NCBI GenBank assembly: GCA_000697335.1
Contig: JNEM01009310.1
Span: 1-37,550 of the forward strand
Length of the DNA: 37,550 bases
Direction: 5' to 3'
From: Conidiobolus incongruus B7586
Lineage: Eukaryota
In this document: positions 1 through 10,849 of the stretch, piece after piece
Position numbering within the stretch: position 1 is the first letter of the stretch
Layout: the number at the start of each line of letters is the position of its first letter
Position numbers and translations under genes: made by a program
The notes under the pieces: model-generated
Seen by the model: only the letters and a program-made list of their open reading frames with translations
The model's database searches: none
Told to the model about the DNA's origin: nothing

Positions 1-1083
1 AGAGTATATATATATATATATTAAAAATATATAATTTCCTATTAACTTTGTATATATTTATTTATTTCAAACTAATAATATGTTTGAAAAATCAGAAATT
101 AAAAAATTTCCCATTTTTTCAAATTTAAGGTAATATTATTTAATAATATTTTTTTTAATTAATAATCTTAAAATAATTTAAATACCTATTATTCAATAAA
201 ATATTTTTAAAATATATAAAGCTAAAGTTGTAAAAAGCTTTTTAATAAAAAATTACTAAAAAAGCTACCATATCTAATATATTTTTTAGATTATAGTTGA
301 TATAATTATAATTAATTTAGATAATTAAAAAACTAGCTTGAAAGAAAAAAATTTTGTAAGAAAATTTAATTAGTATATAAAATATCAAATTTTAGTCTTT
401 TATAAAACATTATTTCTTTAAATATTAGAAATCTGTTAAAAATATTACAATAAGTTATTAGAAATAAAAAAACTATGAAATTTATATTATATATTTATTT
501 TTATATAAGATATATTAAAATACTTATTTATTTTTAATTGCAAAAAATTCTTATAATTTAAATTATAAATAATAATATAATCTTAATAAAAATACAATAA
601 GATTGGATGATTAATCATATAATTGATATATTATTATCTTGATAAATTATATTAAATTTTTTAGATTTTCTATAGAGTTTTCATATTGTTCTTTATTTAT
701 TAAAATATTTTCAAAATTATACAGAAATTGAATTTTCATTTATTAAGATTAATTGCAAAATTTTTAGTATTAGGATTTCTGATCAAATCTATAGATATCT
801 TTTTGAAAAAATTAGTGTATTAAGTACCAAATATTTTAAATTAAACTAAAATTTAATTCAATTTTATTGTTAATTTTTTCAATATCTTACAATATAATAT
901 TGAATTGATTGATACTTGGAGTTTATATATCTGTAAATCAATCAAATTCTTGAAAAAATTATATTTGATTTAATAAGTTTCAAATTATATATTTATTATA
1001 AATATAAATCTATAACTAAATTTGTAATCATCACTATTGAAGTGTATTAATATAAACAGGTAATATATATTATATATAGGATA

Positions 1084-1260
1084 TTAAAACCAAGGTAATT
1101 TAAACCTAAACTTCTTAGATTTGGACATATGAGTCGAAGCTACTGAAGACTCCAAACTAGTACGAGCGCCTTCTTTTAACGTGAAGAACAATTCCCTCTG
1201 TTTAGGATCAATTTTAAAATTTTCGTAGCATGCCAACTGTTGGAGACTGATGGAAGCCAT
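1084..1260 (-). CDS. Putative small protein (58 aa), unknown function: MASISLQQLACYENFKIDPKQRELFFTLKEGARTSLESSVASTHMSKSKKFRFKLPWF
   Basis: Hand-translated ATG..TAA frame below the ORF-track length cut-off. It coincides with a local GC-enriched island in very AT-rich DNA, has an A-rich start context (aatacaaATGG) and a TATAAATA box about 50 nt upstream (1312-1319, minus strand). Confidence 0.55.
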   Translation of the reverse strand: MASISLQQLACYENFKIDPKQRELFFTLKEGARTSLESSVASTHMSKSKKFRFKLPWF

Positions 1261-1310
1261 TTGTATTATTTATTTTAAAATACAACAAGGGAATAATTAG
1301 AGTTTATTTG

Positions 1311-1323
1311 GTATTTATACCTA
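1311..1323 (-). promoter_or_regulatory. TATA box (TAGGTATAAATAC) upstream of the small ORF
   Basis: Canonical TATAAATA. The same 13-mer occurs at 10062-10074 (+) upstream of the RRM gene leader. Confidence 0.45.
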
Positions 1324-2162
1324 CTAATTTTTTATTAAAGTAAAAGATATTTAAATGATATTGCTTTTATTACAAATTTTCCAAAGTTTTGGTGAAAGAA
1401 TAAAGATCGGATTTTATGTTTGATAATGGCGATTTGACAATTTAATTATTAATCTTATTGGATAAAATGAAAAATTAACCCAATTTAAATTGGAAATATC
1501 TATTTACATCAATTCGATTATTAATAATGCTAATATATTTATTTTGAAATCCAATAAATATAAAGAAATATATAATGGATACTTCTATTATCTATAATAA
1601 AGTTTAGAATTTATACTATTAATTTTTTTATTAAGTAATTTTATGACATAAGATATAAAAATTAACATTTTGTAGTATCTAAAACATAATTGAATTGATA
1701 TTCAATCATAAAAGGCTCAAAAATCAATTCAAATTATTTATTTAATTATTTAATGATTAATTTTGGTTTAGAAATATAGCCCAATTTCAATTGAACATCT
1801 GGATTTTTACTAAATAGTAACTATATTGAAATTTTAAATTAATGGAAAATTTCCTATATTCAAAATTCAACATTATATATAATTTGAGAAATTTTTTTAT
1901 TAATAAATAAAATGTAATAAATTTTCAATATATTGATATATTGATTTAAATTCTAGACATAATTCAATCCAAAACCCAAAAAATTAAATGGCAAGTTATT
2001 GCATCATTTACAAATCACATTACTCGATAATTAAATAAACTGTTGATTGATGGATGATTTGATAATGAGTCAAATTTGATTTCATTCACATAATTAAATT
2101 AGTATAAATAAATTAATTTTCTGCTTTTAAAATTAGATATTATTTGAAATTTAACTAATATT

Positions 2163-4799
2163 ATGAAATATAAAATTACTAAAGAAAATGAAAATCATTA
2201 TAATGTTAACGAAACTACTAACCTACTAAACACACATAAGCATCAACATAATAAATATCAAACTCTTAGTACTTCGGAGGAAGATATCGATATCAATTTA
2301 GAAATTTGTCAGTTTGAAGAGTCTTTAAATACCGATTTAGAAGAACGTAGTAACCTCCTCAATAACTTTAACAAACGCAACAATAATAACAACGGCCAAC
2401 TACCAAATAATAATGCAACAACAATTCCAATTTCCACACACAATTCCCTCTCAAAGTTTTGGCATATCAATTCCAAAATAATTCTAATTGTATTAACTCT
2501 AATACTAGTGAGTTATTATCTAACAACCTTCATTATATTTTATATTGTTCAATATTTTATCAATACTTCCCATATCACTTTGGACAAATTTTCTGTATTG
2601 GATATGACGGATAAAACATTAGCGGTGGATGGAAGAGTGACTATTGATACTTTAATTAATAGCGATAGTGCGCCTAGGTGGTCGGATTGGTTAAGTGATA
2701 GAGAATTGACAGCTATTTTAAATCGGGTAGAAATTCATTACGATGGAGATGTTATTGGTACAACTCAAGATGTACCTATAAAATTTTTTCCTTTTGACAA
2801 ATTGAACAAATCCACAAATATAAAATCCAATATTTATATAGTTCAAAATCGAGAATTTGATACTTTTATAAAGAATTTATTAAAAGAAAAAGAAGTGGAA
2901 ATTTTGTTAAAAGCTAAATTATCTTCAAGATTGTTGCCTTCGTTACCGAAGTATTTGTCACCTTCTGTTGAAAATGTGGATGTAGTACAGAGCTTGAAAT
3001 TGAGAGGATTGTACGGATTGAGGGGGATGACTCGAGTGTTGGATTACAATTTAATTGATAACACAAACCACACTATCGACATGAATGGTATGATTCAAAT
3101 AATGCCGCAAAATTTTTTGGAAATGAAATTAGATGGATTGTTTCAAGCAATTGTCAAATATAATGAAACTGTGTTGGGTTCTGTCAAGTTTAAGGATTTT
3201 GGTTTAAATGGTGAGAAGAATCAATTACATTTTGATGGAGTTTTAAAATGTAGTAATTATGATCACCATATGACAGAAAATGAATCAAATTTCGATGAAG
3301 GGTGCTCCAAAACCCAAATAGAATCCATATCATCAATGATTACAAAATTTATGAGTAACCAAACTCCAACTGTGACTACACATATTGTCCAATTCCCACC
3401 ACAACTGCCTCAATGGCTAATTAAACCACTCGGCAATGTCGAAATTGAATTACCACTACCATCGTTCGATCAACCTCTGATTAATTCCATGACTCCCATG
3501 TATTCTAAATTCTCCTTATCTAATGCAAATATTAACCCAAATGTTTGGCAGTTCGCTTTGGATACTACCATTACTTCTAATATTACTGTACCTTTCGGTT
3601 TTAATGTCAAACCTTTGAGAATTCGTCCGAGCGTAGATATTTTCGACCAGTACGGGTTTCCAGTAGGACGTGCTGAAGCTAATTGGACGCAAGTTGTAGG
3701 AAAGCAAAGTGATAGTAATCCTAATTCTATGACCGTTAACTGCACATTGGAAAAATCGCCCATTCGTGTGCTCCCATATATGAAATTTCCATTTGAACTT
3801 TTAGTCCAGCGCGTGTTAATTGAACCTAACATTACACTGAGTGCAAAAGGATCAGCAGACATTGAAGCCATTACAAATTTGTCTAAATATCCAATTCAAA
3901 TTAAGAGTTTACCAATCGAGCAATACGTAGCCCTAAACGGCGTGAATCAGTTCAAAGATTTGAATTTAAATGTGACAGATGTCCAAATCCTAGGAACTGA
4001 CCAGAATCATGTAGCATTTTCGTCAGTGCTCCACCTCACAAACATAGCTCACGATGGCAAGATGATTGGTGCCAAATTCCCGAATGAAATTTTTCAATTC
4101 GACATCAGATACAAAAATAGGTACATTGGTCATTTGAATATCACAGATTTGGACATTCCCTCAAAGCCTGGTGATATGACCCAAATGCAAATTGGGGGTC
4201 AAATCATTATCCCTGCTAATAGCTCATTGGGCGAAGATTTCTTCACAGATTTGATATCGGGCAATATGGTTGCACTCGACGCTGAGGGTAACAACAATAC
4301 GACCAAATTGCCCTACCTTCACCGAGGATTGAAGTCATTCCGGCTGAAGAATTTCCCATTTCCAGCATTCCAACCGAATTTGGTGCAATATGTTCATACC
4401 AATTGGCGAGTAACTTTAGGCCAGGTGGACGTGTCATTGTCCAATCCATTCGCTGTGCCCGTGACAGTACTCGACATCGACGCCAACTGCACCTACTTGG
4501 ATTCAGAATTGAAGCGAGTTCCGTTGGCTACGCTCGCTTACCATCCTCCAAACCCTCCTATTGAAATTCCGCCAGGTAGCAATTCATCTCACTGGTTGCC
4601 TGTACCCTGGTACCACTTATCTTTTGCTAATCCCCTACTCGTTGCGCAGTTGCCCAAGTTTGTGGATGTGGAAGGACGGATTAGAATTCTTTTGGAAGGA
4701 GGTTTTACTTCATGGTTGAGGTACAGACAAAAGGAAGTGAGAGGATATTGGTTTACTAATCCCGAAGCCAACAGTTTGGAATTTGAAAAAATAGTTTAA
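2163..4799 (+). CDS. Single-pass membrane protein with repeated beta-rich (DUF3712/LEA2-like) domains, Tag1-like
   Basis: Intronless 878-aa ORF with a low-complexity Asn-rich N-terminus and one hydrophobic TM segment (IILIVLTLILVSYYLTTFIIFYIV). It is followed by beta-rich repeats with NxTxPFGFNV / SNPFAVPVTVLDI and 'L.G..G/F' linker motifs typical of fungal DUF3712 proteins. Family call is from recall. Confidence 0.7.
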   Translation: MKYKITKENENHYNVNETTNLLNTHKHQHNKYQTLSTSEEDIDINLEICQFEESLNTDLEERSNLLNNFNKRNNNNNGQLPNNNATTIPISTHNSLSKFWHINSKIILIVLTLILVSYYLTTFIIFYIVQYFINTSHITLDKFSVLDMTDKTLAVDGRVTIDTLINSDSAPRWSDWLSDRELTAILNRVEIHYDGDVIGTTQDVPIKFFPFDKLNKSTNIKSNIYIVQNREFDTFIKNLLKEKEVEILLKAKLSSRLLPSLPKYLSPSVENVDVVQSLKLRGLYGLRGMTRVLDYNLIDNTNHTIDMNGMIQIMPQNFLEMKLDGLFQAIVKYNETVLGSVKFKDFGLNGEKNQLHFDGVLKCSNYDHHMTENESNFDEGCSKTQIESISSMITKFMSNQTPTVTTHIVQFPPQLPQWLIKPLGNVEIELPLPSFDQPLINSMTPMYSKFSLSNANINPNVWQFALDTTITSNITVPFGFNVKPLRIRPSVDIFDQYGFPVGRAEANWTQVVGKQSDSNPNSMTVNCTLEKSPIRVLPYMKFPFELLVQRVLIEPNITLSAKGSADIEAITNLSKYPIQIKSLPIEQYVALNGVNQFKDLNLNVTDVQILGTDQNHVAFSSVLHLTNIAHDGKMIGAKFPNEIFQFDIRYKNRYIGHLNITDLDIPSKPGDMTQMQIGGQIIIPANSSLGEDFFTDLISGNMVALDAEGNNNTTKLPYLHRGLKSFRLKNFPFPAFQPNLVQYVHTNWRVTLGQVDVSLSNPFAVPVTVLDIDANCTYLDSELKRVPLATLAYHPPNPPIEIPPGSNSSHWLPVPWYHLSFANPLLVAQLPKFVDVEGRIRILLEGGFTSWLRYRQKEVRGYWFTNPEANSLEFEKIV

Positions 4800-4872
4800 T
4801 TTATTATATTTTGATTTTTATTGAATAAAAAAAATAATTTATTAAACATTAAGTTTATGAATTGAAATTGAA

Positions 4873-6303
4873 CTAAAAATTAAATCCAAAACTAAAACTT
4901 CCACCTTGGTGAGCTTCCTCAGTTAAATTTTCCCAACTCGATTTTTCATTTTCCTTCTTTTTATTCTCTCTCATTCTTTTAACTAACTCGGGATTCCTAG
5001 GCTCATAAACTTTAGAAAACTGGTCAAACAAAGATTCTCCGAGTTTACAACCTGATACTTGGTCGGCTTTATCCCTCAAAAATTTCAATACATTTTCGAT
5101 ATTTTGTGAACTGACATAATTTTGAGTGAGTGCGATACAATCTTCCAGATTCACTACGAGATGCCACCAGCCGTTAGGGACAAAAATGATTTCGCCTTCG
5201 TTGCACACTCCCTCTATGGGTCTGGGTTTATAGTGCTTACAATGTTTGTAAAAATTAATAAACCATTCCATAATACTGACTGGAGATGTGACTTCAGACT
5301 CGTCATGGTTTGTGAACACTCCAGGAGGAGGCACATCGGGAGGGAATAAAATCCACAATTTTTTACCTTTAATAACAGCGTTCCAAGCACTCGTCGAATT
5401 GGGATCCTTGTGGAACGTTGACCCACTTCTTTTTGGACCGATAATGATCCATCTGTAGTCTGGGCGATCTTTGCCAAGTAGAGAGAATAAATCTTCACTA
5501 AAATATTCAGGAACTTGGAAATCTTCTAACATTGATGGACAGTTCTCACCGAATTTTTTGTCGAAAAGATAGATGGGACTTTCATCCACGTTATTATTAG
5601 CGTAATCGTAATAATCATTTAATTTGATATCAATGGCTTCGGCCCTAAATGTCACATTGCCAAAGTTTTCACGGAGGTAAGATTCGTTCCACTTACCGTA
5701 AGCTCCCCACTTCGTCACAATGTCGGTAATAATCACAGGTTTGTTAGGTTTTTCGTACTCTTCAATAAATTCTTCAAGGGTTAAATTCGATCTGCGCGGG
5801 ATATTGTCCCTACCGACAAAGTTTTCGAGTGGTGTAATAGTACACAACCATGGTTGGAATAATAAATCACTATAGAAATTTTTTAATTCAAACTTAGTCT
5901 CAAACAATTCATTCTCATTGAATTTAGGATTTGACATTTTAAAATATGTTAATTTCCAATTCTTAAAATATTGAAAATTTCCATTAAATTTTTGGATAAC
6001 TAAAGACTTCCAAAGCTCGTTAGTGTTACAAAAAGTGTAAAAGACTTTGGATGTTTGCATTAATGTCACTAAATCGCTAGGAGAGAAATTTTGTAGGAAA
6101 TCGAGTATAAAGTTGTCGTCGAATTGGGCGAATTTACCTAAACCTTTTTCCCTAACGTTGGGTTGGAAATCGGATTGGAATTTGTCAATGTAAATGTTTC
6201 CCAAGGGTTTGATGCCCATTGGATGAGGCGGTAATGATTTTTTTATGTCTTTGGCATCTTGGTGTTCTGCTGAGTTTTGGAGTTGAGATTCTATTTCTGT
6301 CAT
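4873..6303 (-). CDS. F-box + JmjC (cupin-like, JMJD6-related) 2-oxoglutarate/Fe(II) dioxygenase
   Basis: Intronless 476-aa ORF. N-terminal F-box-like segment (GLGKFAQFDDNFILDFLQNFSPSDLVTLMQTSKVFYTFCNTNELWKSL). JmjC motifs PDYRWIIIGPKRSGSTFHKDPNSTSAWNA and VPNGWWHLVVNLEDCIALTQNYV with an intact HxD...H triad. Confidence 0.9.
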   Translation of the reverse strand: MTEIESQLQNSAEHQDAKDIKKSLPPHPMGIKPLGNIYIDKFQSDFQPNVREKGLGKFAQFDDNFILDFLQNFSPSDLVTLMQTSKVFYTFCNTNELWKSLVIQKFNGNFQYFKNWKLTYFKMSNPKFNENELFETKFELKNFYSDLLFQPWLCTITPLENFVGRDNIPRRSNLTLEEFIEEYEKPNKPVIITDIVTKWGAYGKWNESYLRENFGNVTFRAEAIDIKLNDYYDYANNNVDESPIYLFDKKFGENCPSMLEDFQVPEYFSEDLFSLLGKDRPDYRWIIIGPKRSGSTFHKDPNSTSAWNAVIKGKKLWILFPPDVPPPGVFTNHDESEVTSPVSIMEWFINFYKHCKHYKPRPIEGVCNEGEIIFVPNGWWHLVVNLEDCIALTQNYVSSQNIENVLKFLRDKADQVSGCKLGESLFDQFSKVYEPRNPELVKRMRENKKKENEKSSWENLTEEAHQGGSFSFGFNF

Positions 6304-9300
6304 TATAAATTTAATAAAATAACATAATTATAAAAAGATTAAAATTAAGGTATCTAATTTAAATACTAATTATTTTTGATTAAAAAATTGTGGGAAAGTA
6401 AAATATCAATTTATTAAATCTTTTATAATTTTTTAATTATAATGAATACAAATCAAAATGAAAAAAAATATATAGTAAAATTTATAGTAAAAATTTCAAT
6501 TATTATATTGAATAAAGAAAATTTTGAAAATAAATACTAAATTATATGATAAATTGAAAAAAGTTAAACAATATCAATTTTCTAAAAGGTTGATGCTCAG
6601 TGCTATTACGAAGAATCGAACCGCGGGTTAAGAGAAGATAACGCTTAACACTTTGATCATTCTACAAAGGCTTGATCATCGAAAATTAAGACATTTAATT
6701 ATATATATATAATATTGACTTTGGCTTTCTTTAATTAAAAACAAATCAACTTTCTAATAATAAGTATTTTTCCAAATTATGTCTACCAATATTTTCATAG
6801 CATTTTCAATTTAAATCTGACTAATTAATACTTAACTATCAAATGGGATCTTTTAATTAGTCCTTATTAAAACCAATTTGACTATAATTTATATAATTCT
6901 AAAATATATCAATAATCTTTTAAAAAAATTAAAAATTTTGGGACTAATTTTTGAAGGCTTCCATCATTATTTTTTTATTTGATTTGAATTAGGTAATAGG
7001 AAAATATTAAATTTATATTAAAATTAGTTATAATATTGAAAATCTAAATATCTAACATTAATAAATCGTTTAGTTGACATTTAATAAATTCCTAACACTT
7101 ATTAACTTGAATTGAAGTTTTTTGTTTAGATCCTCATCAAGTATTATTGATTAACGTCAATTTTATTAGCTTATTGAATTTTTGAAAGGACATTGGAGAA
7201 TAGATGGTATTCAAAATGATGCCATATTATTTTAAAGGTTATTTTATATAATAGAATATTCTATCATTTTATTAATAATTTTGATATTGTATGAATATAT
7301 TTATTAATACTTAAATAGTGAATATACCTTAATTTGATAAATTGATTAGTCAATTAATAAAATTTATATTATATTATATCAATTTCGTCTAAACTCATAA
7401 ATACTAATATATAATTATTAAATTACAATTATAATGAGCAAAATAACAAATATTCATAATATATTAATAATTATAAAATAAATAAGATAATGTAAAGATG
7501 ATTTTTAATAATATAATTTTGGAATTGGTTCTAAAGCTTGAATCAAATTGGAAAATATATTTTAGGAAAAATATTGATTTTATGATGTTGAAAATTTAAT
7601 ACCAGTTGATCATTGTTGGTCTATATGAGTGGTTGATGCTTTGTATTGAAGTATTGATAGAACTTAAACTCCGACATACGCTCTTTAGGGACTATTATTG
7701 GGTAATATTGTGAAATCAATGACGTTAAAATCAGCTGACTTGATATGAGAAATATAATCTCCCATATAATATTACTGTAAAAATAATTGCAATCAATCAC
7801 CATATTCATCCAATACATCCTCCTTCATTAATTCTTCAAAATCCAAAAATTCCTATCTTTTTCAATTTTGTAACAAGTTTGACACTAATATATAAACTAT
7901 TCCAATAGAAATTTAATAACATTAAAATAGATTGCTTATTTTAAAATATCATATTTATGTATTCTTCAAAAAAAGATCTAGAGCTATCGCATGAATTTCA
8001 AATATCAAGGAAAGAAAGAAAAGATTAAGATAAATGATTCAATAGACTACTTAAATTTGAAAAATAATCTCCAGCTATTTATGATCTTAGCTTAGAATCC
8101 TATAAAAGCAATCTGTATAATGAATTATATTCCTTATAAAAATCAAACCTAATACTATTCTAATCAACTCGACTATAAAATTTCACAAGATCCAAATCAC
8201 CCATTAGAACAAAAAATCATTTCAATTCCCGATAATGTCCCAATAATATAACTATATAACCAAAAATAGGATTGTTATCACAATCATTCAAGCTACGAAT
8301 AATCATTAAAAAGCTTTAATACAAATTGATTACAATGTACACATGTGACAACATTTTTCAATATGACAATTACTAAAATTGGTCATGTACTTTTATAGCT
8401 TAAGATTAAGGATGATGATTTCATTGTTATTATCTAGTCAATATCTAAGTTATTTAGTGATGAAAAAAAATTTAAAAACGAAGTTTTAAAGGATTAATTT
8501 TATCAGTGATAAAAAAGAATTAAATTTAGTGCTTAATTTTTTTTGGTTTTAGTTCATTTCTAAAATGAATTATATAGTGAAAAAAACAATTGGTATTGTG
8601 ACAATGAGTTTGAGATAATGATTTCATTAGTTAACATATAAATATTTTTTTAATTTTACTAAATTTGAAGAATTATCTCTTGATGATTAATATGAATTAC
8701 TAAAAGATCAGTATAAAAATCTTTTAAACCAATAATATTATATTATATTCATAAGAAAGATATTAATAATGTATAGATTTAATATAAAATATATTGGTGT
8801 TATTATAATAGATAGTATTGATTATTGATTTTACCATTACAAAAAGGCATCTGTATTTATAATGTAATGTGGCTTATAACTTCATTTAGTATTAATGAAT
8901 AATTTTGAAAAATGATTAAAAAACCTCCTAAAATAATAAGAGAATAGATGTAAACAAATCAAGTGTATTAAAATCATAGTGGGTTTATTGATATATTATA
9001 AACATTAACAAATCTATCAAGCAACAATCATGTATTGAAATCAACTTTATTATAATTTTTAGTTAAATAGAAACCAATGTTAAATTTAACAAATTCAAGT
9101 AATTTAATTCCAAATAAGTTATAGTCAGGGTTTACTTTTAATGACAATAATAATATTGATTTTTTAGGTTAATGCGAAATGGGTAAAATCTTTATTTTAC
9201 TACTGTTTAATTGCTAAACAAGTACAGCAAATTTATTAAATTTAAAATACTTAACGATTGATTATTTTATTAAAAAACTGTAAAATTATTTTTAATATTA

Positions 9301-9835
9301 GTATTAAATTTAAACGAATATAATTTTATTATTAAATCATAATCATAATATTTATTGAAAAAAAAAACTTATTTAGAAAGATAATAAAGTACCACAATTA
9401 TCCTCCGAATGCAAGTTGTTTTCTTCTAAATTAATATTTTCACAATACAGTTTTTTTTATAAATTAAAGAACTAGATTTAATGTGTGACAATTACTAGCT
9501 AACCATAACTATGATTAATGCGTAATAACCTTGAAAATCATCAAGATCCTTTTATAAACATAAAACATAATGAACCCTTGTGATTAGTTTATTGGAGAGT
9601 TTGATATTAATTTGTTGAGTTGATCATGCATAATATCGTTTTATGGATGTATAATAAAATAATAATTTTTAAATTCTTTAATAAATTAGAATTAATTTTA
9701 ATATTAAATTAATTTAAAAAAACGAATATCTTGTACTGTATAACTAGTTTTATATCTGTTACTTAAGATTAACTATTAGAATATGTGAATGAACAGGGTA
9801 ACAAGCAATCTCTGATTCAATTAAATATTGTCCTT

Positions 9836-10074
9836 TGATTGGCGTGATTGGATAGAGTGGTTATAACAAATTAATTGAATTAATAGTGTTGGAGATAATA
9901 TTTAATTTGATTGGCTATACCATTAATTAAAATCAGTGATTTCTTCTTTCTGTATGATTGGCTAGATTTCAGTTCCATTATGAATTTATCAATATCATTC
10001 GATTAAAGTAAAGTGATGAGGAATTTTTAGGATAAAATTAATCGTGGCTCATATGAGACAATAGGTATAAATAC
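9836..10074 (+). promoter_or_regulatory. Probable Pol II promoter: four reverse CCAAT boxes (TGATTGG) plus TATA box
   Basis: TGATTGG at 9836, 9845, 9908 and 9955; TATAAATA at 10066-10073, followed by an abrupt switch to pyrimidine-rich transcribed-like sequence. Confidence 0.6.
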
Positions 10075-10849
10075 TCCCTTTTCCCTCAAGGTGCAACCCA
10101 ATTCTCTCCATTTCATTTTCACTGCTCTCATATACTTTCTCTTAATTTCTCATCTTCATAGAGTTGATTGCAAGTCATCAACCACATCATCATAGCATTT
10201 AGAAACAGTACTCATTTCATTTGGCATACTAATCTTATTATTGTCGATCCCCTTTCTTTAAGTATACTCTACTATTAGTTTGAAACATTATAAAATTTCT
10301 CTATTTTCAGTTGGAAGATCTTTTCGGGATATTATACGCTTAGCTCAATCTAATCTTCAACGGAAATCTTTTTGTATATAATCCTTGCATTAATTGGTCA
10401 TTTTCATTTCTTTCATATCATCTGCTCTGCCCAATCATTTTAATTACCCCACAAGCTTTCAATTGTCTTAATTTCCTCTCGTTTCCCATTGGATTGAATT
10501 TCAACCGACGACAATCAATCCAACTCCGAATATATTTCATATACCATTAATCGTTGCTCTTCGTAAACTTTCTAACCGATTTAATTTCCTACTTCCTGGC
10601 CCTCTCATTGGTCTAATCCGAGCCCATTAATCCTCCGTTTAGACTTAACCCAATTTGCCTTACCTTGTTGACGAAATATAAGAGCGTCAACTGTGTGATA
10701 TATCTTTGTTTATTTTATACTCCACAATCTAAACTCATATATCTTATTTTTATCTGAACTCCTCTCGGATCCTTAATTCAATTCATACTTCATTTCTATT
10801 TATTACTAGCACTACTGCTCCATATTTATCTTCTACAATATACTAGATC

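Noticed and set aside
3470..5498. Short antisense or alternate-frame ORFs overlapping the DUF3712-like and JmjC genes (and similar ones over the RRM, PLC, RING and lectin genes)
   Set aside because: They are shadows of well-supported coding sequence and have no recognisable motifs.
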